From Octopus sinensis (taxonomy: Eukaryota): 14,789 nucleotides of DNA. Positions 8,645 through 14,789 of the stretch are shown here, in pieces (the first letter of the stretch is position 1; the number at the start of each line of letters is the position of its first letter). The notes beneath the pieces were generated by a model. That model did not search any database. It was not told the origin of the DNA and worked only from the letters and a program-made list of their open reading frames with translations. The stretch spans positions 1 through 14,789 of the forward strand of contig NW_021825752.1 in the NCBI RefSeq assembly GCF_006345805.1, in the 5' to 3' direction. The position numbers were made by a program, and so were the translations under genes.

Positions 8645-9009
8645 GTAAATAATGAACAATAAATGAGAGTCGAGGTCGCTCTTACTTTTGTAAATCTTGT
8701 TATGCCACCTGGCGACAAATATGAAAATTCGCACCGGTACCTTTACGGACACACAATGCAAGATTGCAATCTCATTTAAAACAGCCTATAAAATCTGAAA
8801 TTGTGTGTTGAAATATGGAATAGAAGGAAGCCAACTTCTGATTCCGCAATAAAGAGAAGAATATGTCATTAATGGATGACTTTACGGTATGTGTCAAGAT
8901 CAGCACTCATTCGGTTTATGATTGGTTGCAGATATAAAACCCACGCATTGTCCGTGCCTTGTGTTGACTTATATAGGTAAGAAATCACATATGAATTAAA
9001 CATGAGCGC

Positions 9010-9267
9010 TTATATACACGCACATGCACACCACGATGCACGCACACATATACACACACACACACACATATACACACAAATGTGCGGACACATGCGCACG
9101 CACGTATAAATATACATATGCTTATGAATGTGTTTCTGCGTGTGTATATATGAGTGCACATTCATAAGTAGCTATGTGTGTACGTAGGTAAATAATTGCC
9201 ATTTATTCTGACCTCTCTATCCCACTCGGCCTCACAAACATACACCCACCAAGCACTCTTCGCCACC

Positions 9268-9298
<31 letters not shown>

Positions 9299-9344
9299 CA
9301 TACATACATACATATATATATATATAAATATATATATACATACA

Positions 9345-9380
<36 letters not shown>

Positions 9381-9410
9381 TATATATAAATATATATACA
9401 TGTGTGTGTG
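9010..9410. repeat. (CA)-rich and (TA)n/(CATA)n microsatellites with a short unique island (about 9170-9268)
   Basis: Directly visible; the compound unit (cata)n(ta)n-aatatatata is tandemly duplicated at about 9296-9399. Confidence 0.9.
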
Positions 9411-9849
9411 CATTACAAGTCAAGGTATAGAGATAATATTTAAATATATCTATACATATATATATATATTTACACATATTTAAAGATGCATCGGTGTAGG
9501 TATGAACGATCTTAAATGGAAGTCAATTTTCCGCTATATGAAACATGATACAACCGCAGCAGCACCAACCCGACAACTCAAAAACGACCACAACAGCAAC
9601 AAGACGATGCTGCTGTTGATGTATTCGTATCGCAAATTTAGTGGAGGTCGACAGAAACAACATTACCAATGATTGTCACTCGAATTTAGATAGTTATTAA
9701 ATTACTTTAGAATATTAATGTAATTATTGTTAATTGTAAGTTGCAAGTTGAAGGCATCTATTGATCAAGATATAAATGAATATCAAAGTAGGATATATGG
9801 CCAATATATATACCCACCATAAAATTACTTTCACATGAAGACACAGAAA

Positions 9850-9878
9850 TATATATATGTATATATATATATATATCT

Positions 9879-9912
<34 letters not shown>

Positions 9913-9967
9913 ATATTATATATATATTATAGATTATATGTATATTATAATGTATATATATATATTA

Positions 9968-10002
<35 letters not shown>

Positions 10003-10477
10003 GTTGTGTGTGTGTGTGTGTATTATATATATATATATTATATATATATCTATATATATATATATATATACATACATACATACATAAATGTATATGTAAT
10101 ATATGGCTCGATATAGACATCAAAATATATAAATGTATATATATATACATACATATACACATACATCTACATATATAAATATATAAATGCTCACACACAC
10201 ACACACCTATATATATATATATATATGTATGTGTATATGTATGTATATATATATTATATACATTTATATATTTTGATGTCTATATCGAACCATATATTTA
10301 CATATACATTTATGTATGCATGTATGTATATATGTATATATATACATATATATATATATATGTGTATGTGCGTGTGTGTGCGTGTGTGTGTGTGAGAGAG
10401 CATTTATATATTTATATGTAGATGTATGTGTATATGTATTATATATCTATAAGTATGTATACATGTATATATATTGT

Positions 10478-10530
<53 letters not shown>
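9850..10530. repeat. Large compound microsatellite block containing two overlapping inverted duplications
   Basis: 10067-10166 is nearly identical to the reverse complement of 10225-10330, and 10149-10206 matches the reverse complement of 10382-10439. Confidence 0.92.
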
Positions 10531-10832
10531 TATGTGTATTGTTATACGTGTGAGATTAGTTATACTACGCTATTAATTGTTCCAGCACTCAAAGCAATAT
10601 TTACACCTCTTTTTTTATATAACATATTATGGCTGTTGTTTTTATTAGCATAATGGCGTAAAATGGAAGAATCGACCGAACATGGGATGAGCGGTGGGAA
10701 GGCGGGGGTGTTAGGAGCGGCAACAGCAGGGTTGAAATGGTAGAATCGGGAAACTATTATTGTAGTATGTAACAGATGAGGAGAGTCTGAGTTTGGTGGC
10801 TGCCAAAACAGATGGCAATTATTTTCCTTAAA

Positions 10833-11027
10833 AGGCGGTGAGCTGGTAGAAACGTTAGGATGGGCTGGACAAATACATGGTGACATTTTTTCTGTCTTTA
10901 AGATCAGAGTTCAAATTCGACCATTGTCGACCTTGCCGCCTATCATGTCAGGGAGTAATAAAATACGTGAAAGTAAAGCAATGGTCATTCCGTCGAAATT
11001 GCTGGCTTTGTGCCAACATTTGAAACT
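10833..11027 (+). mobile_element. Family B SINE with target-site duplication
   Basis: Head GGCGGTGAGCTGGTAGAAACGTTAG and B-box GAGTTCAAATTC. Flanked by aattattttccttaaaag (10817-10834) and aattgttttccttaaaag (11028-11045), a 17/18 match. Confidence 0.88.
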
Positions 11028-11042
11028 AATTGTTTTCCTTAA

Positions 11043-11086
11043 AAGATGACGATGTGGTAGAGTCGTTAGCACGCTGGATAAAATGC
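11043..11086 (+). mobile_element. Truncated older family B SINE head
   Basis: aagatgacgatgtggtagagtcgttagcacgctggataaaatgc is homologous to the head AAGGCGGCGAGCTGGCAGAGTGGTTAGCACGCTGGGC seen at 13617 on the minus strand. Confidence 0.65.
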
Positions 11087-11142
11087 GTTTCTGCTATACA
11101 AAGCATGATACAATCGCAGCACACAACAACAACAACAACAGT

Positions 11143-11330
11143 GGAGGCGCAATGGCCCAGGGGTTAAGGCAGCGGATTCGCAGTCATAAGAACGCGGTTT
11201 CGATTCCCAGATCGGGCATTGTGTGAGTTTATTAAGCAAAAACACCAAGCTCCACGAAGCTCCGGTGGTGGTGGGAGGGGGGCACTGTACTCTTTCACCA
11301 CAACTTTCTCTCACTCTTTCTCCCTACTTC
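11143..11330 (+). mobile_element. tRNA-derived SINE ('family D'), 5' part
   Basis: GGAGGCGCAATGGCCCAGGGGTTAAGGC (A box) and GGTTTCGATTCCC (B box), preceded by (CAA)n. Confidence 0.85.
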
Positions 11331-11499
11331 TGCCACAAAGCAGAGGAACCATGACGTAACCCACTATGGTGTGGTAAACTTTCAGACCCTAGTGGGGAGA
11401 ATGTATAAAATTTTAAATGTATAAAGAATAATAAAGTTATTTTTTAATAAAATTATTATATTAAATTATAAAAGTAACAAAAGAATGCACGGTATTGTA

Positions 11500-11578
11500 C
11501 TATTTCTACTTCGTGAATTTGCACTAATCGCGATGGGCTTTGGAACGTAACACCCGCGGTAGTCGAGGGATTACTATA
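11500..11578 (-). mobile_element. Terminus of a pogo/Tigger-like (Tc1/mariner superfamily) element
   Basis: The reverse complement reads TA-TAGTAATCCCTCGACTACCGCGGGTGTTACGTTCCAAAGCCCATCGCGA, resembling CAGTAATCCCTCG-type TIRs next to a TA target. The partner TIR is not found in the window. Confidence 0.65.
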
Positions 11579-11648
11579 TATATGTGTGTGTGTGTATTTG
11601 TCTATGTATATATAGAAATATATACATACATACATACATATATATATT

Positions 11649-11695
<47 letters not shown>

Positions 11696-11710
11696 CATAC
11701 ATACACAAAT
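11576..11710. repeat. Compound (TA)n/(GT)n/(CATA)n microsatellite
   Basis: Directly visible. Confidence 0.93.
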
Positions 11711-11775
11711 AAGATATAAATAAGTAACAACGATATATAAGGTGTATAATGAATTGACACTCATATTTTACTCAC

Positions 11776-11890
11776 CTACCCTGGAATCTGCCCTTCCGAA
11801 ATATTATCGAACATATCTTTATATAAAGTACATGTCTGATCCAACAAGAGTGCACTTATTCACTAAGTTGGATCGCGCCATCTGCATACA
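11776..11890 (-). other. Candidate non-coding or UTR exon (115 nt)
   Basis: Consensus donor TAG|GTGAGT, acceptor ttttgatattcttacag|, and stops in all three frames. Confidence 0.35.
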
Positions 11891-11907
11891 CTGTAAGAAT
11901 ATCAAAA

Positions 11908-11916
11908 GGGGCGGGG
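11908..11916 (+). promoter_or_regulatory. GC box (Sp/KLF-type GGGGCGGGG)
   Basis: Exact consensus in AT-rich DNA; a YY1-like CGCCATCT lies at 11876-11883. Confidence 0.35.
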
Positions 11917-12024
11917 TTTCTGCGTAGGGTTTGATACTCACATGATATTTTCTGAGTGTGTAAGTTAGTTCGTCCTAACAAGGTTCCTACATGTATGTAC
12001 CTAATTCAACTGAATCTAAATTAC

Positions 12025-12132
12025 ACATATATATATATATATAAAATATATATATTTTAATATGTATGTATGTATGTATGTTATGTTGTATGTATGTATG
12101 TATGTATGTATGTATGATGTAGTATTATATAC

Positions 12133-12200
<68 letters not shown>
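12025..12200. repeat. (TA)n/(TATG)n microsatellite
   Basis: Directly visible. Confidence 0.95.
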
Positions 12201-12295
12201 CGGCCTGCTCGCTTAGCCAGCGGAGTGGCGTCATTCGAAGGCTAAAACAATGCGAACGTGTAACTACATCTGATGGTCTGGTCGGGTCACGTGAT

Positions 12296-12303
<8 letters not shown>
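12201..12303 (+). mobile_element. Isolated 3' fragment of an octopus-type SINE ending in tcacgtgatcacgtga
   Basis: GC-rich island between (TA)n tracts. The sequence resembles a repeat 3' end I recall from octopus DNA; not verified. Confidence 0.55.
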
Positions 12304-12339
<36 letters not shown>

Positions 12340-12383
12340 AAGAAGGGGGAGAGATGGATAGATAGATAAATAGATAGATAGAA

Positions 12384-12473
<90 letters not shown>
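12302..12473. repeat. (TA)n followed by (GATA)n (about 12354-12473)
   Basis: Directly visible. Confidence 0.97.
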
Positions 12474-12475
<2 letters not shown>

Positions 12476-12566
12476 CCAGTCATGAACACATACCAATGGG
12501 AATACATACATACAAATATACGCATATACACATATAAATCATACCCAACAAATATATATTGTTATA

Positions 12567-12804
12567 TAGGGTTGGCCAAAAGTCATCCGACAGTAAATCA
12601 AATGTTCCATAAATACTTAGTATTCATTTTTATTTATTCTAATTATGAATGTTCAATAACTGAAAGCTGTGAGTTAAAATCACCGTCTTTTTTTCCCAAT
12701 ATTTGTTTATTTATTAGCAAAGTCTCATATGAAATAATTTTTTGGTTTCTTCTTGAATTTTAATGGGTTTTGATTTTCTGCCAGGTGACTTTTGGCCAAC
12801 CCTG
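12567..12804. mobile_element. Non-autonomous Tc1/mariner MITE, 238 bp, with TA target duplication
   Basis: Left TIR TAGGGTTGGCCAAAAGTCATCCGACAG and right TIR CTGCCAGGTGACTTTTGGCCAACCCTG pair at 23/27. TA at 12565-12566 and 12805-12806; AT-rich non-coding interior. Confidence 0.93.
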
Positions 12805-12890
12805 TATTTGTCTATATGTGTGTATGATTGCCAGCACAAGCTATCATCAGTCTATCCTGCTTCCAATACCTTTGTAAATGAACAGAAATA

Positions 12891-12975
12891 CGCGCGTGCG
12901 GTACTCACTCTCTTGACGCAGCCGAACGCGAAACACGCAAGTGGCTGAGTGTAGAGGGCGACAGCGAAGAAACAC
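12891..12975 (-). promoter_or_regulatory. CpG-rich patch with a minus-strand splice donor (candidate first exon)
   Basis: About 11 CpG in about 80 nt, donor AGA|GTGAGT at 12908, and a pyrimidine-rich 5' end on the minus strand. Confidence 0.3.
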
Positions 12976-13039
12976 ATTAAGATTAATTTCAAGACAATTT
13001 ATCTGCCTTCCCACAACATAGTTATAGAGAATATGTAAT

Positions 13040-13652
13040 TTTATCTTTTGTCGCCTAGTTGTCATTGGACTGTGGCCATGCTGGGGCACCACCATGAACT
13101 TTTATTCTAATAATCGAGACCAGCGCTTACGTTTTAAAACCTGGTAGTTGTTCTGTTTGACTGCTTTGGCGAAAGATTGTCACGATACATAAACAAACCA
13201 CTACCAGTTGTCAGGCAGTGGCGGGAGCGAACCCCACCCCCCCCCCCGACACACAAATATATATGAATATATTGTGTATAAACGTCCGGATTCTTTTAGT
13301 TTCTGTCTCACACGTCACAATACTTGCCCAGTTTACCACACAGTGGGACTGAACCCAAATCTTTGCGGCTGAGAAACAAGCTTCTTATTTCTTTATTGCC
13401 CACAAGGAGCTAAATACAGAGAGGACAAACAAAGACAGACAAGGGGATTAAGTCGATTATATCGACCCCAGTGCGTAACTGGTACTTAATTTATTTAGCC
13501 CGAAAGGATGAAAGCCGAATCAACCTCGGCGGAATTTGAACTCAGAACATAACGGCAGACGAAATACCGCTAAGCACTTCGCCCAGCGTGCTAACCACTC
13601 TGCCAGCTCGCCGCCTTAAGCAACATTCTTATCACACAGCAAAGCCTGCGCC
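13040..13652 (-). mobile_element. Old near-full-length family A SINE interrupted by a younger SINE
   Basis: Head GGCGCAGGCTTTGCTGTGTG at 13652-13632 continues at 13387 (AAGAAGCTTG...GGGTTCAGTCCCACTG). 3' end GGTGCCCCAGCATGGCCACAGTCC at about 13065-13090. Confidence 0.8.
13388..13617 (-). mobile_element. Well-preserved full-length family B SINE nested in the family A SINE
   Basis: AAGGCGGCGAGCTGGCAGAG head, GAGTTCAAATTCC B box and A-rich tail. Flanking direct repeats aaacaagcttctta (13374-13387) and aagcaacattctta (13618-13631) match 11/14. Confidence 0.92.
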
Positions 13653-13877
13653 TACAGTTTTCTTTTCTTTGTTATAGATTCAATAAGTTTATCTATTGTT
13701 ACAATTCGACGAGGTTATAACCACCGATGTTGGTCCGAGACAGATTTTATCCATAACTCTTGACTATTGGCATCTAATCCCAAAAGACAGAATGAAGATA
13801 TGCGTGAAGCGTACTGAGTGATATATCAACATCCGAAAAATGAGTCACGCACGTAGAATGAAACCTATTCTCTCCAG

Positions 13878-13961
13878 GAAAGAAACCAAAAGATTACATG
13901 TGGAAACTGGAATCACAGATACAAACCAACTGTTGGAACAGAATCACCGAAAATTCTACAG
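13878..13961 (+). other. Candidate 84-nt symmetric exon, unknown gene
   Basis: Acceptor cctattctctccag|G and donor CAG|gttgca; open in all three frames. Confidence 0.3.
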
Positions 13962-14002
13962 GTTGCACCTCGAAATATTAATGAAAGCATTTCTTTAAAA
14001 CA

Positions 14003-14298
14003 AACACACACACACGCATGTGTGTGTGTGTGTGGTGTGTGTGTGTTAGAAAGAGTAATCATTTCATTGCGTAAAATCGATGTAGTAAAAATTACAAACT
14101 ACAAGCAACATCCAGGTGTGTCTACTCTAGCACGCAACATACAAACACATATATGTGAGTGTGGGAATCCATATATACTTACACACATATGATCTACATG
14201 TATGTTAGATATACGTTTGACTGTAATATATATATATATATATATATATAAAGGACCACACACCACACATACACACACACACACACATATATATATAT
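14003..14298. repeat. (CA)n/(TG)n fold-back at 14003-14046 and (TA)n/(CA)n tracts at 14226-14298
   Basis: Directly visible; the interval between the tracts is low-complexity. Confidence 0.85.
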
Positions 14299-14342
14299 GC
14301 GTGCAATATGCATGAGACATTAGTCATGCTATTTAGGTTATT

Positions 14343-14789
14343 GCCCTAAATATTTAGAAGAAGCACACATTATCTCACTACTCAGTGACTCCCTATGAGA
14401 TACTAAACGATACGACTGTATTGGAATATAAAATATTGAAATGCTACTCCCGGAATGAACTACTATAAAAGTAATTTCTAGCATGAAACAAACAGAAGGT
14501 AATAACGGATATGCAAAAGAATTAGTAGATAAATCTATTGAACACAGGAAAAAGGAATTAAATACACAGCATCGAACAAGCATTATATAACGAGTATCAT
14601 GGGAAGCAAGGATATACTGGTTGTAGAATATAACAATGTTAAAGTAAAACTCGTAAACCAGAGGACGAAATTCCTTTAGACCCTGTCATAAATTTACCCA
14701 TGTATTGTTTACTAAAGGACCAAAATGTCATCCCTCATCAACCCAGAAGCTTAAAAACTGTTCAGCAAGTATTTATTTAGATACTACTA
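14343..14789 (+). mobile_element. Probable decayed Penelope-like retroelement fragment (RT thumb/linker), running off the window end
   Basis: Across frameshifts it reads HYSVTPYEIL...ILKCYSRNELL, then NNGYAKELVDKSIE (14501; cf. PLE L-x2-N-G-Y-P-x2-L-I-x-K-x-I), then FRPCHKFTHVLFTKGPK (14675) and KNCSASIY, collinear with the PLE thumb, linker and start of GIY-YIG. Confidence 0.55.

Noticed and set aside
8687-8709. 23-nt minus-strand microexon candidate (gtcgccag|GTGGCATAACAAGATTTACAAAA|gtaaga)
   Set aside because: Not frame-preserving and has a weak exon-side donor context; such site pairs are expected by chance.
2-12763. Most ORFs in the supplied track (poly-Ser; Y/I/C/V/H/T-rich; IYLS repeats)
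   Set aside because: They are translations of (TAG)n, (TA)n, (CA)n and (GATA)n tracts, which lack stops in some frames.
12825-12860. Minus-strand CTGATGA-tagc-ttgt-gctg-GCAA resembling a hammerhead core
   Set aside because: GCAA replaces GAAA, and no stem I or III can be drawn.
593-13652. tRNA genes
   Set aside because: All A/B-box-bearing segments continue into SINE bodies and do not close a cloverleaf.
1-14789. CRISPR array or other prokaryotic defence or operon system
   Set aside because: No regularly spaced repeat-spacer units, no long ORFs, and the repeat content is plainly eukaryotic.

Overview
Eukaryotic, AT-rich, repeat-dominated genomic DNA with no confidently callable gene. The SINE sequences match, from my memory rather than a database search, tRNA-derived SINEs abundant in Octopus genomes, so the source is probably a coleoid cephalopod intron or intergenic region. 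Most ORFs in the supplied track are translations of (TA)n/(CA)n/(GATA)n/(TAG)n microsatellites. Supportable content: about ten SINE copies or fragments, including a nested insertion and one copy with a clear target-site duplication; an intact 238-bp Tc1/mariner MITE; an internally inverted Tc1/mariner transposase 3' end; a pogo/Tigger-like terminus; and two heavily decayed probable Penelope-like (RT + GIY-YIG) remnants. The most unusual signal is a recurring set of local inverted duplications of different apparent ages (170-354, 3184-3554, 6489-6717, 10067-10439, plus smaller ones). They sit beside microsatellites or quasi-palindromes, which suggests repeated fold-back/template-switch events that would give long RNA hairpins if transcribed. 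Several candidate exons and promoter motifs on both strands are listed at low confidence. All alignments and translations were done by eye.
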